Shown here: in pieces, positions 32,467 to 42,619 of the stretch | Numbering within the stretch: position 1 is the first letter of the stretch | How the letters are laid out: each line of letters opens with the position of its first letter | Virus record (IMG/VR): IMGVR_UViG_3300045988_131485 | Length of the DNA stretch: 64,000 nucleotides | Source of the DNA: a virus | Strand: one strand, 5' to 3' | Made by a program: the position numbers and the translations under genes | The notes under the pieces: generated by a model | Told to the model about the DNA's origin: nothing | Database searches by the model: none | Seen by the model: only the letters and a program-made list of their open reading frames with translations

Positions 32467-34041
32467 ATGAAGAGAATGAAACTCACTACCGCTGGCCGTG
32501 TGGTGATCTTCGTCATCGTGCTGGCGCTCCTCGCTGGTATCGGCGGCTTCGGCTACAACTACTACAAGAACAACATCGCAGACGACAAACTCATCAGTTC
32601 GGGTACCCAGTCTGGCAGCACGTCCCAGAAGCCCACGACAAAGCCCTCTGCCGGCAAGACGGACACTTCTGATCCCGTGATTAACCTGTCTCTGGATGAG
32701 TGGGTGGGCTGGAAGCCTATTATCGACGCTAACCAGGGCTTGACCACGCAACCCGGTTCAATTTTCGACCAGTTGGGCATTAAGGTTAACATCAATATCA
32801 TCAATGACGCAACTGCCAGCAGCAATGCTTTGATTACTGGGGAGCTGAATGCTGCGGGTTATACCACCAACCGTGCCGCGTTCCTATCTGGTAAGTTCCA
32901 GGAGGCCGGATTGGATGTGGTAATGCCGGTATTCACCAACTACTCCGCTGGTGGCGACGGCATTATTGCTAAGTCCGGTATCAACACCGTAAATGATCTG
33001 CTGGGTAAGAAGATCGGCGTTCCCAGATTCAGCGAAGCCCAGACGCTTGTGGCATGGTTTGTTAATAAGAGTGACCTGTCCGATGCTGACAAGCAGTCTA
33101 TCATTGATAATATGATCCTCTTTGACGATGCGTCTGAGACGGGCGAGGCGTTCTTCGCCGGCCAGCTGGACGTGGCAGCGACTTGGCAGCCTTACCTGTC
33201 CTATGCAACCGAAAACAGCGATGCGCACATCATGTTCTCTACCACAGCCTCTAAGAGCCTGATTATGGACGGTATCGTATTCCGTTCCGACTTTGCCCAG
33301 GCACACCCCGACGTTGTGACCGCCTTTATTGATGGTATCTTCCAGGCCAACGCAATGTATACCACTGAGTTTGACTACATCCGTTCTGTTATGCCTATGT
33401 TCGCCGGCGTTTCCGACGAGGAGATTAAGGCTCAGTGCGGCGATGCCGAAATGATGGGCTACGCCGAGAATAAGGAAGTGCTGGACTCCACTGCTCCTTC
33501 TGTCTACTTCGATATGTGTGATATCTGGGAGTCTTTGGGTGAGACGGTCAATCGCAAGGTGGCTATGACACTCTTTGATAACCAGTATCTGCTCCCTCTG
33601 GCAAGCAAGTATTCTTCTACCTCTGCCTCTACCAGCAAGCCCGTTGAGCTGACCGAGGAGCAGAAGCAGGAAATCGTCAATTATGAGGCGCTGCTGACCA
33701 AATCCATGACCGTTGAGTTTGTGGCTGATACCGCTCAGTTCAAGAACCCCGAAGAGGCATACGCCATCATGGATGAGTTCGTTTCTATCGCCAATACTCT
33801 GGATGGCGCGATTATCCAGGTGGAGGGCAATATCAATGCCCGCAACTACTCCGACTCTGGACAGGCGCTGTCTGCTGAACGTGCAAAGGCTGTCGCCAAG
33901 TATTTCATCGCTTGCGGTATTGATCCGAACCGTCTGATTACAGTCGGCAATGGCAACACGAAGATGGTTGCAGATCCCGGTTCTGCCGATGCCTACCTGA
34001 ACCGTAGAACCGACGTGTTCTTCAAAATCATCGAAGAGTAA
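32467..34041 (+). CDS. membrane-anchored ABC substrate-binding protein (NMT1/SsuA/TauA-like) fused to a C-terminal OmpA-like domain
   Basis: N-terminal TM segment, S/T/P linker, SBP-like core, and a C-terminal OmpA_C pattern (..LSAERAKAVAKYFIACGIDPNRLITVGNGNTKMV..NRRTDVFF). Confidence 0.7.
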   Translation: MKRMKLTTAGRVVIFVIVLALLAGIGGFGYNYYKNNIADDKLISSGTQSGSTSQKPTTKPSAGKTDTSDPVINLSLDEWVGWKPIIDANQGLTTQPGSIFDQLGIKVNINIINDATASSNALITGELNAAGYTTNRAAFLSGKFQEAGLDVVMPVFTNYSAGGDGIIAKSGINTVNDLLGKKIGVPRFSEAQTLVAWFVNKSDLSDADKQSIIDNMILFDDASETGEAFFAGQLDVAATWQPYLSYATENSDAHIMFSTTASKSLIMDGIVFRSDFAQAHPDVVTAFIDGIFQANAMYTTEFDYIRSVMPMFAGVSDEEIKAQCGDAEMMGYAENKEVLDSTAPSVYFDMCDIWESLGETVNRKVAMTLFDNQYLLPLASKYSSTSASTSKPVELTEEQKQEIVNYEALLTKSMTVEFVADTAQFKNPEEAYAIMDEFVSIANTLDGAIIQVEGNINARNYSDSGQALSAERAKAVAKYFIACGIDPNRLITVGNGNTKMVADPGSADAYLNRRTDVFFKIIEE

Positions 34042-34053
34042 TCCTGCGCCTTA

Positions 34054-34079
34054 CGAGGAGGGGCATTGTCCCCTCCTCG
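34054..34079 (+). terminator. strong GC hairpin after the SBP gene (no U-tract)
   Basis: CGAGGAGGGG-cattgt-CCCCTCCTCG. Confidence 0.4.
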
Positions 34080-34109
34080 GGGCACCAACATAATAAAGGA
34101 GTGGTCAAT

Positions 34110-34721
34110 ATGGATGTAGTGAATGTAGAAATCGCAAATTTGGACGATCTGAAAAAACGGTTCGTTGAAATTTGCGCTACTATCAATCGTCCGGGTATGG
34201 AAGACCTGATGGCGTGGTTGGAACGTTCTGACTTCTATACTGCGCCGGCAAGCACGCGCTTCCACGGCAACTATACTGGCGGGCTGCTGGAGCATAGCCT
34301 CAATGTGTATGACAAGCTCTCTGGGTTTGTGGCTCGCTATCCTGAACTGGAGATCTCACCGGAGACGGTGGCGGTCACTGCATTGTTCCACGATCTGACG
34401 AAGGTGAACTACTACACCGTCAGCTCTCGGAACGTCAAGGATGATGTTACGGGCGCATGGCATAAGGAGCCGTTCTACAAAACGGAAGATCGTCTCCCGC
34501 TTGGTCATGGCGAGAAATCTGTCATCATCCTGCAGAGCTTCATCAAGCTCACACGTGACGAAATTGTTGCAATCCGCTGGCATATGGGCAGCTTTGATTG
34601 TGCAGTCAAAGGCGGGGATTACGGTATGGGCAATGCTTTTGAAACTTACCCGCTGGCAGTCATGACGCATTTGGCTGATATGGAGGCTACCTATCTTGTC
34701 GAGGGTTTAGCAGCAAAGTAA
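34110..34721 (+). CDS. HD-domain phosphohydrolase (YhaM-like HD module)
   Basis: LLEHSLNVY, ALFHDLTK and PLGHGEKS are HD superfamily motifs. ATG 34110 lies 7 nt after AAAGGAG. Confidence 0.6.
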   Translation: MDVVNVEIANLDDLKKRFVEICATINRPGMEDLMAWLERSDFYTAPASTRFHGNYTGGLLEHSLNVYDKLSGFVARYPELEISPETVAVTALFHDLTKVNYYTVSSRNVKDDVTGAWHKEPFYKTEDRLPLGHGEKSVIILQSFIKLTRDEIVAIRWHMGSFDCAVKGGDYGMGNAFETYPLAVMTHLADMEATYLVEGLAAK

Positions 34722-34723
34722 AT
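34708..34723 (+). repeat. junction motif copy (TAGCAGCAAAGTAAAT) overlapping the stop codon of the HD gene
   Basis: ..tta gca gca aag TAA at.., followed by GGAGG and ATG 34738. Confidence 0.6.
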
Positions 34724-34737
34724 CAACGGAGGCTAAC

Positions 34738-35343
34738 ATGGAAAAAAGCGTTTTTCAAATTCTGAACGAGTACGACATCACGGAACACCTCAAGAAGAAG
34801 GATAAGATCGTCTACCTGCCTTGGTCTAAGGCATGGATGATCGTGAAATCCCTCTTCCCCAGTGCCAAGTTTACCATCAACAAGGCCGCTGACGGCTGCA
34901 TTTACCATACGGACGGAAAGACCGCCTGGGTAGAGGTATCTATCACCATCAACGACCAGACTGAAACGGAGTCTCTGGCTGTTATGGATTTCCGTAACAA
35001 GTCTATTCCCATCGACACGATCACCTCTGCCGATGCAGAGAAGTCTATCAAGCGCTGCTTGGTCAAGTGTGCTGCTCTGCACGGCCTGGGTCTGTCTCTT
35101 TGGACGGGTGAGGAGCTGTCCAGCGCCGCCCGCAAAAAGAAGGAAGACGATCTGGACGATGTGAAACAGGAGATCCTGAGCGTTGTTGCCGGGAAGTTGG
35201 AAGCCGGTGTGTCCAAAGACACCATCTACAAGGCTATCGAAAGTGTTGCCGGTGTGAAGAACCCCAACGCTATCAAGGATATCGCAACGGCTCAGAAAGT
35301 CGTTGAGCAGATCAAGAAACTGGAGGTAAAGCACAATGCTTAA
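34738..35343 (+). CDS. Rad52-like single-strand annealing protein (Sak/DUF1071-like)
   Basis: LPWSKAWMIVKSLFP and CAALHGLGLSLWTGEEL resemble Sak/Rad52-family blocks. Followed by SSB. Confidence 0.6.
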   Translation: MEKSVFQILNEYDITEHLKKKDKIVYLPWSKAWMIVKSLFPSAKFTINKAADGCIYHTDGKTAWVEVSITINDQTETESLAVMDFRNKSIPIDTITSADAEKSIKRCLVKCAALHGLGLSLWTGEELSSAARKKKEDDLDDVKQEILSVVAGKLEAGVSKDTIYKAIESVAGVKNPNAIKDIATAQKVVEQIKKLEVKHNA

Positions 35344-35773
35344 TAAGGTAATCATCATGGGTCGTCTTACCCGCGATCCTGAGATCAAGAAGGTAAACAA
35401 TGACATCTCCGTGTGCAGCTTTTCTATCGCCTGCGACCGCGACATCGTGAACAAGCAGAACAATGAGCGCGAGACGGACTTCTTCGATGTGACTGCGTGG
35501 CGCTCTACGGCGGATTTCGTTGGCAAGTATTTTGGCAAGGGGCGCATGATTGTTGTTGTCGGTCGGCTGCAGAAGCGCAACTACACCGATAAGGACGGCA
35601 ACAAGCGTTCTGCCGTAGACATCATTGCCGAGAACGTCTATTTCGGCGATTCCAAGAAGGACGGCGAGACTTCTGACAACGCCTCTGCCCCCACCACCGG
35701 ATATGCTACCGCTCCTTCTCAGAACAGCGACTTCGCAAATGTCGGTGAGGAAGATGGAGAGCTGCCCTTCTGA
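35336..35773 (+). CDS. ssb: single-stranded DNA-binding protein
   Basis: MLNKVIIMGRLTRDPE OB-fold start. Acidic tail ending EEDGELPF. Confidence 0.9.
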   Translation: MLNKVIIMGRLTRDPEIKKVNNDISVCSFSIACDRDIVNKQNNERETDFFDVTAWRSTADFVGKYFGKGRMIVVVGRLQKRNYTDKDGNKRSAVDIIAENVYFGDSKKDGETSDNASAPTTGYATAPSQNSDFANVGEEDGELPF

Positions 35774-36540
35774 TGGATAATTCTTTTCTCCTGGACGCTA
35801 TGGACTGGTCATACTCCCGCGTTAGCAGTTTTGATCAGTGTCCGCGTATGTTTGACCTTACTTACCTCCAGTGCATGGATCGCGTGGACAACGCTTTTGC
35901 TCAATGGGGTTCACTGGCGCACTCGCTTTTAGAGCGATATTTTCGTCAGCAGGTCGAGCTGTGGGATTTATCCGGCCTCTATGAGAAGGAATACGCAAGA
36001 GCAGTTACAGAACAGTTTCCATTTCCCCGACTGGAAGGTAGCTACTATGAGCGCGGTATGGAATACTTCGATAATTTCGGTGGACAACTGGGAGACGAAG
36101 AAAAAGTGCTTGCGGTCGAAGATCGGTATACCTCTACACTGGGCGGCAGACCAGTGGTAGGTATTATAGATCTGGTGCTTCGTAATAGGTCTGGGCTGAT
36201 TGTTTGCGATCACAAAAGCCGGGGCAAATGGAAATCCAGAGAGGAACGCCGCAAATATCTCCGCCAACTGAACTTGTATGCAGTACGGGTCAAAGAGGTC
36301 TACGGTGAGTGGCCGCATGAACTTTGGTTCAATAAGTTCCGTGAAGGTATCTTGGACAGAGATCCATTCAACATCGTAACTGCTCAGGAGGACATAGACT
36401 GGTTCCTGCGTTCCATTGACGACATCTATAAGGCAAGGAGCTTTCCTGCCAAACCTGACCGTTTCTTTTGTGACTACCTGTGTTCTGTGCGCGAGCATTG
36501 CGAGCATTCCAGCCAATATATTACGGAGGAATATGAGTGA
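35773..36540 (+). CDS. PD-(D/E)XK nuclease, Cas4/RecB-like with a Cys cluster
   Basis: GIIDLV..CDHKS core. N-terminal Cys (QCPRMF) plus C-terminal CDYLCSVREHC. Confidence 0.7.
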   Translation: MDNSFLLDAMDWSYSRVSSFDQCPRMFDLTYLQCMDRVDNAFAQWGSLAHSLLERYFRQQVELWDLSGLYEKEYARAVTEQFPFPRLEGSYYERGMEYFDNFGGQLGDEEKVLAVEDRYTSTLGGRPVVGIIDLVLRNRSGLIVCDHKSRGKWKSREERRKYLRQLNLYAVRVKEVYGEWPHELWFNKFREGILDRDPFNIVTAQEDIDWFLRSIDDIYKARSFPAKPDRFFCDYLCSVREHCEHSSQYITEEYE

Positions 36541-36998
36541 TGGGAAAGATCAAAGTAATTTTCCTCGACGTTGACGGTGTGCTCAACAGTGATCGTACAG
36601 CCCGCAGAACCCAAAGCGGCTATACGTTTGTTGACAACAGGCAAATGAAGAACCTGAAGCACATCATTAACATGACAGGAGCTAAGGTCGTTCTTTCCAG
36701 TGATTGGAGATACGACCGAGATGACCCGAGATACAACGGAGACTATCTGGAACTGGAAGCAGAGCTGTTGAAATACGGGGTTCGTCTTTATGGCTTTACG
36801 CCGGAGCTGCCATCCTGTCACAGAGGTGTGGAAATTGACTGCTGGTTAAAAGAACATAGCGAGGTCGGAGACTTCGTAATTCTGGACGACCGGACAGATA
36901 TCGAGCCGAACAAAGATCACTGGGTTCAGACAGTAATGCGTCGGGGACTCGGTGTTGAGGAGGCCGAGAGTGCTATCCGCATCTTGAACGGCAAATGA
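36537..36998 (+). CDS. HAD-superfamily phosphatase (HAD_SAK-like, RNA-repair associated family)
   Basis: VIFLDVDGVLNS (DxDG motif I) and VVLSSDWR. Confidence 0.6.
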   Translation: MMGKIKVIFLDVDGVLNSDRTARRTQSGYTFVDNRQMKNLKHIINMTGAKVVLSSDWRYDRDDPRYNGDYLELEAELLKYGVRLYGFTPELPSCHRGVEIDCWLKEHSEVGDFVILDDRTDIEPNKDHWVQTVMRRGLGVEEAESAIRILNGK

Positions 36999-37074
36999 AA
37001 GACGGATTTTATTCGGATAAGACCCGTCCACATGAAGTGGGCGGGCTTACCGAAGAACTGAGGTGATTTTACCC

Positions 37075-39030
37075 ATGCAGATTGATAGAGAAGCAATTTT
37101 GCAGGCCAAAGAAAAGCTCGGAGATCGTAACGCTCAGATTATCGTCGAAGAGCTGGGGATTACCGATTTCGATGAGAAAAACATGAAGTGTTGCTGTCCC
37201 TTCCATCAGGAGGATCACGCTTCCTTCATTTACAACAAGAAAGCATTCAACTTTCGTTGTTTCGGTAGTTGTGGCCGTAGCTACGACATTCTGGACGTTT
37301 TCATGTATAAAGGCGCGACTTATGCCGAAGCCTGTAAGAAACTTTTCGAGCTTGCCGAAATGCCCTACTCTTTCGGAGAGCTGGGCGTAAAAACCAAACG
37401 GCATTATAGATATCCCCACGAGGTTCCCTGCACTGATAAATCCAAAGTGTACGCATATTTTGAGCAGCGCAAGATCAGTCGTGAGACGCTGGATGCTCTT
37501 GATGTGCGGCAGGACTCCGAGGGAAACGCGGTATTCAATTACTACGACACGAACGATGTGTTGACGATGGTGAAATACAAACCGTCGCATAAAGTCCAGC
37601 ATGGTCAAGCAAAGTGCTGGTGCCAGCAAAACTCTGATACGGCTCCGTTGCTGTTCAACATGAACCGCATCAACGTTAATTCTCCCCTTCTGATCTGTGA
37701 GGGCGAGCCGGATTGCCTTAGTGCGATTGAGGCAGGATTCAAAAATGCTGTTTCCGTTCCTCTGGGCAGTTCAAATCTCCACTGGATCGACGAAAACCTG
37801 GAATGGCTCGATCAGTTTGAGAGCATTATCATTTGCGCCGACAACGATGACGCCGGCGTGAAAATGCAGAAAGAGTGCGTTCCCCGGCTGGGTAGCTGGC
37901 GAACAAAGGTCGTAGACATCCCAGCAATCCCCATTGGAAATACTGGACGGGTAACAAAAGACCTGAATGAGATCCTTTACGTTTGCGGCAAAGACAAAGT
38001 GTTGGAGCTGATCTTGGATGCTAAAGACTCCCCTGTTCCTTCCGTAGCCGACCTTTCTGATGTCGAGCCGACCGAGTATGAGGATGTTGACGGTGTGACT
38101 ACCGGGCTGAAGGCCATTGATGATGAGCTGATGCGGCTCTTTTTCGGAACGCTTACTATTGTGAGTGGTCAGCCCGGATCTGGTAAGAGTAGTCTTCTTA
38201 CTCAGCTCGCGTGCAATTCTCTCGATAATGACATCGGTACGTGGCTTTTCAGCGGCGAACTTCCCAACGGTGTAGAAAAGTCCTGGTTCAACTACATTTT
38301 CGCCGGCCCCCGCAATATCACGGATGCTATCTCTCGTCGGGGCAATCCTTACAAGAAGATTTCCACGACGACGCTTGCCGAGATCAACAAGACCTATAAA
38401 GGGCGTTGGCATATCTATCGTGATGACTACGACAACGTACTGGATAAGCTCATCGCCTCTATGACGGATACCGTTCGGAAGTACGGTGCCCGTTGTCTGA
38501 TCCTCGACAATTTCATGTGTATTGACACTGAAACCAGCGAAGAGGAACTGCGCTCTCAGACAGATACGATTAAAAAGCTCATTGAGTTTGCTAAGAAGTA
38601 TCAAGTGGCTGTAATCCTTGTTTGCCACCCTCGAAAGATGGACGCCGGAACCAATGTAGGCATCTATGATATCGCTGGTACCAGCAACATCGTGAACCTG
38701 GCACATCGGACTATTGGCCTGCGGCGAGTAACGGACGCAGAACGTGAGAATGCTGCGAAGTATTCTGAGAAGCGTCGCCAGTTGCTCAAGTACGATGTGA
38801 TCGTAACTATCGTCAAAGACCGTATGTTTGGCCGGCAGAATATCGACGTTGGCCTCTATTACGATCCCGCTTCCCGCCGTTTCTTCGGCGATATGGACGA
38901 GTACGACCGTCGTTTTTCTTGGGACAAGAAGGAGTACAAAGAGCCTCTGCCTCTTCCTCCTCAGCTGCTTGCTGAAGAGCGTGCCTCCGAAGACGAAGCA
39001 TTTGGAGCAGTGAACGACAGAGAGGGCTAA
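37075..39030 (+). CDS. bifunctional primase-helicase (zinc finger + TOPRIM + DnaB/gp4-like helicase)
   Basis: CCPFHQEDHASF zinc finger. TOPRIM CEGEPDCLS and ADNDDAG. Walker A GQPGSGKS. An in-frame GTG at 37063 is an alternative start. Confidence 0.85.
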   Translation: MQIDREAILQAKEKLGDRNAQIIVEELGITDFDEKNMKCCCPFHQEDHASFIYNKKAFNFRCFGSCGRSYDILDVFMYKGATYAEACKKLFELAEMPYSFGELGVKTKRHYRYPHEVPCTDKSKVYAYFEQRKISRETLDALDVRQDSEGNAVFNYYDTNDVLTMVKYKPSHKVQHGQAKCWCQQNSDTAPLLFNMNRINVNSPLLICEGEPDCLSAIEAGFKNAVSVPLGSSNLHWIDENLEWLDQFESIIICADNDDAGVKMQKECVPRLGSWRTKVVDIPAIPIGNTGRVTKDLNEILYVCGKDKVLELILDAKDSPVPSVADLSDVEPTEYEDVDGVTTGLKAIDDELMRLFFGTLTIVSGQPGSGKSSLLTQLACNSLDNDIGTWLFSGELPNGVEKSWFNYIFAGPRNITDAISRRGNPYKKISTTTLAEINKTYKGRWHIYRDDYDNVLDKLIASMTDTVRKYGARCLILDNFMCIDTETSEEELRSQTDTIKKLIEFAKKYQVAVILVCHPRKMDAGTNVGIYDIAGTSNIVNLAHRTIGLRRVTDAERENAAKYSEKRRQLLKYDVIVTIVKDRMFGRQNIDVGLYYDPASRRFFGDMDEYDRRFSWDKKEYKEPLPLPPQLLAEERASEDEAFGAVNDREG

Positions 39031-39032
39031 CT

Positions 39033-39233
39033 ATGGTGAATTTCGGAGTATGTGACTGTGGCGGTAGCCTTATCCCTGTTTGGTTCACAGAAGAAGAGAC
39101 GAAGGTTGCCAACGGCACTATGTATAAGACAGGCCGAGTTCGTAGGGCGTGTTCTCACCTTGTATGTGAAGCCTGTCTGAAAAACTTTTGCGTTGACGAT
39201 ACCTTTGACGGGCCGTGGCACAATCGGAGGTGA
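39033..39233 (+). CDS. small zinc-ribbon protein (66 aa)
   Basis: CDCGG..CEAC Cys pairs. ATG 2 nt after the upstream stop. Confidence 0.5.
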   Translation: MVNFGVCDCGGSLIPVWFTEEETKVANGTMYKTGRVRRACSHLVCEACLKNFCVDDTFDGPWHNRR

Positions 39234-42200
39234 TTTTATTGAGCGGTAACTATACGGCATACCATGTCCATACTGAATTGTCGCTGTTAGACAGCGCGAC
39301 GAAGTTTGAGGACTATATCGCTAAGGCTGTCGAGTTGGGGCAGACTGCCATTGCTTTTACGGAGCATGGTAACATCTATCAGTGGGTCGCCAAAAAGATG
39401 GCCTGTGATAAGGCCGGATTGAAATATCTGCATGGCTGTGAAGTCTATTTGACTGAAAAGCTATTGCTTACCGATCCACGCACCGGAGAGCAGAATAAGG
39501 TACGCGATAACTACCACACCATCCTGATTGCCAAGAACTACGCTGGTCTTCAGGAGATGAACGAGCTAATCAGCCGATCGAATCAGGGCGACCACTTTTA
39601 CTACAAACCCCGTATCACGTTTGATGAGTTCCTTGGTATTTCCAGTAACGTCATCAAGATCAGTGCCTGCCTTGCTTCCCCGTTAAATCGCATGAGCATT
39701 ACTCATCCTATGTATGAGCGACTGCTGAAGCACTACGACTATCTGGAAATCCAAGCGCACGACCACCCAGAGCAGGTTGCCTACAATCGCCACCTGGCGG
39801 AAATGTCTCAGAAATACGGCATCCCGCTCATTGCAGGCACCGATACCCATAGCCTCAACAAATACAAGGCTGAGTGCCGAACGATCTTGCAGTTGAGTAA
39901 ACACATCGAGTTTGCCGACGAAGATACGTTTGACCTTACCTATAAATCCTATGACGAGTTAGTAGCAATGTTCGCAACGCAGGACGCCTTACCGGAAGCG
40001 ATGTATTTGGAGGCCATTGAGAACACCAACCGTATGGCCGACTCTGTAGAGCCGTTTGAGCTGGATATCTCGTTCAAGTATCCCATTCTCTATGGTGAAC
40101 GCGATCGAGAGGTGCTTCATCAAGTTCTTGATGATAACCTACAAGCAAAGATCAAAGAGGGTGCTATCACTCCAGAGCAGATCGAGCCGTTCAAAGCGGC
40201 CATTGCTGAGGAATGCCGGGTCTTTGACAAAATTGAGATGTCAGGCTTCATGCTTTTCATGAGTGAATTGGTGACATGGTGTAAATCTCATGGTATCCCC
40301 ATTGGTTTCAATCGTGGTTCCTGTGGTGGATCTCGTGTAGCTTATGTCACCAATACAACAGACCTCAATCCTGAGACATGGCATACAGTGTTCAGCCGCT
40401 TCTGTAACGAAGATCGTAAGGAGATTGGCGATATTGATATCGACGTGTCACCCTCCCAGCGCGATCTGGTTTATGACTACATCATCAACCGTTTTGGTCA
40501 GGAAAAGACCGCATTTATTCTGGCAATCGGCACTATCAAATCCAAAGGCTGTATTGATGAGATCTGCCGTGCTTTGGCACTGCGTTGGAATCGTGAACAC
40601 CAACGGGACGAGAAAGAGTTCCGTAGAGTGATGGCGCAGCTCAAAGATGAGAACGCGAAGATCGTTTTTGGAGATGCGCGAGACGGATTTAGCCTGTATT
40701 TCTTTGATGAGGCTGGCAATCTTCTTTTGCCCAGCCGCATGAAGGACATTCCCCGTGCCGAGCTGATCAAGCAGTTTTCCAAAGAGTACACAAAACTCAA
40801 AGAGGAAAACGAAAGGATCTTTGCTAAGAACCCCTGGGCTGGTAAGGCAAGTGCCAATATCAAAAAGGAGTTTGAGGCAGACGAGGCAGCGGCTCGGGAA
40901 AAGTATCCCGAAGTATTCTACTACTACGACGGGCTTCTTGACGTGGCGATCTCTCAGTCTATGCACCCTGCCGGTATTGTGGCAAGCCCTATTACCCTCC
41001 GAGATAACTACGGTACGTTCATCTCTGACGGTAAGGAAATCCTGCAGATTGACATGGAGTGTGTGCATGAGGTCAGTTTGGTCAAGTATGACATTCTCGG
41101 ATTGAAAAACATCGAGATTATCAAAGACGCTTATGAGCTGCTGGGTAAGCCCTACCCGAAGTCTCACGAAATCAACTGGAATGATGAGGCTGTCTGGAAG
41201 GATATGCTGAGATCTCCCATTGGTATCTTCCAGTTTGAAGGAGAGTTCGCGTTCCAGATGCTTAGGCAGTACGAGCCGCACAGCATTTTCGACATGAGCC
41301 TTGTTACAGCGGCGCTTCGTCCTTCGGGCGCGTCGTACCGTGACGACCTTATGCAGCACAAGCCTCACAAGAACCCCTCTCCTATCATCGACGAACTTTT
41401 GGCAGATAACAACGGCTATCTTATTTACCAAGAGGACGTTATCAAGTTCCTACAGCAAATCTGCGGCTTCTCTGGGTCAGATGCAGATAACACTCGCCGC
41501 GCTATCGGACGAAAAGACGAAGAACGGTTGAAAAAAGCTCTTCCACAAATTCTTGAGGGATATTGTGAAAAGTCACCGCAGTCCCGTGAAGTTGCAGAGC
41601 AGGAGGCAAAGGAGTTCTTGCAGATCATCCAAGACGCTTCCAGCTATATGTTTGGTTATAACCATTCAGTCGGGTACTGCATGATTGGCTATCTGTGCGC
41701 TTATCTGCGGTACTACCATCCGTATGAGTTCATCACAGCCTACCTTAACAATGCCAACGGCGAGGAGGATGTGAAGAACGGGAACGAGCTGGCAACGCTT
41801 TACGGTATCAGAATTGTCCCGCCGCGTTTTGGCCTTTCCAAGGATAAATATTTGCTGAATACCGAAGAGAAGGTTATCGCCAAGGGTATTTCTTCTGTAA
41901 AGTACATGAATGCCGATGTTGCCAACGAACTCTATGAGCTGGCAAAGGCCGGCAAGCCTGAGTCTTTCATGGACTTGCTTATGCAGCTGGACGAGAAAAC
42001 ACACTTGGATACACGGCAGCGGGATATTTTGGTGAAGATCGACTACTTTGCTGAGTATGGCAATTCCAAAGAGTTGTTGCGTATGGTGAACTTCTTTTCT
42101 TTCTTCAAGAGCGGAACGATGAAGAAGATCTCCAAGGACAAGGTAACGGCTGAATTGGAACCCATAATCGCCCAGTATGCAACTGATAAGTCCAAAAGCG

Positions 42201-42607
42201 GCCAGCCAGCTAAAAGCTATACCTTTACCGATTTGCCCGGATTACTTCGGTATTTGGAAGTGATGGTCAGGGATATGCACATTCAGGATTTCGACCTGAA
42301 AAGCAAAATGCAAATCCAGTTGGAAAATCTGGGCTATATCGACCTAACCACCAATAAAAAAGAAGATCAGCGAAAACTGGTTATTCTGGATATCTACCCC
42401 TTGCGGAGCAAGAAAACCAAAGAGATTTGGGCTTACGCCTTGCAGGTGCGGTCGATTGGCACGGGAAAAACAAATCGGTGGACAATCTACTCAGAACTCT
42501 ACGATCGCAAACCGCTTCAACGCTACGATACCATTTATGTTCCTATGAATGGATGGGGCGAGCGGCGTGGGTATCTGTATTTGTACAACTACGACTATGT
42601 AATTTAG
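39215..42607 (+). CDS. dnaE: DNA polymerase III alpha subunit (DnaE-type, PHP domain)
   Basis: PHP motif YHVHTELSLLDS..FTEHGN. The Pol III alpha core runs throughout. The likely start is TTG 39239 after GGAGG. Confidence 0.9.
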   Translation: MAQSEVILLSGNYTAYHVHTELSLLDSATKFEDYIAKAVELGQTAIAFTEHGNIYQWVAKKMACDKAGLKYLHGCEVYLTEKLLLTDPRTGEQNKVRDNYHTILIAKNYAGLQEMNELISRSNQGDHFYYKPRITFDEFLGISSNVIKISACLASPLNRMSITHPMYERLLKHYDYLEIQAHDHPEQVAYNRHLAEMSQKYGIPLIAGTDTHSLNKYKAECRTILQLSKHIEFADEDTFDLTYKSYDELVAMFATQDALPEAMYLEAIENTNRMADSVEPFELDISFKYPILYGERDREVLHQVLDDNLQAKIKEGAITPEQIEPFKAAIAEECRVFDKIEMSGFMLFMSELVTWCKSHGIPIGFNRGSCGGSRVAYVTNTTDLNPETWHTVFSRFCNEDRKEIGDIDIDVSPSQRDLVYDYIINRFGQEKTAFILAIGTIKSKGCIDEICRALALRWNREHQRDEKEFRRVMAQLKDENAKIVFGDARDGFSLYFFDEAGNLLLPSRMKDIPRAELIKQFSKEYTKLKEENERIFAKNPWAGKASANIKKEFEADEAAAREKYPEVFYYYDGLLDVAISQSMHPAGIVASPITLRDNYGTFISDGKEILQIDMECVHEVSLVKYDILGLKNIEIIKDAYELLGKPYPKSHEINWNDEAVWKDMLRSPIGIFQFEGEFAFQMLRQYEPHSIFDMSLVTAALRPSGASYRDDLMQHKPHKNPSPIIDELLADNNGYLIYQEDVIKFLQQICGFSGSDADNTRRAIGRKDEERLKKALPQILEGYCEKSPQSREVAEQEAKEFLQIIQDASSYMFGYNHSVGYCMIGYLCAYLRYYHPYEFITAYLNNANGEEDVKNGNELATLYGIRIVPPRFGLSKDKYLLNTEEKVIAKGISSVKYMNADVANELYELAKAGKPESFMDLLMQLDEKTHLDTRQRDILVKIDYFAEYGNSKELLRMVNFFSFFKSGTMKKISKDKVTAELEPIIAQYATDKSKSGQPAKSYTFTDLPGLLRYLEVMVRDMHIQDFDLKSKMQIQLENLGYIDLTTNKKEDQRKLVILDIYPLRSKKTKEIWAYALQVRSIGTGKTNRWTIYSELYDRKPLQRYDTIYVPMNGWGERRGYLYLYNYDYVI

Positions 42608-42619
42608 GAGGCATTTTCA

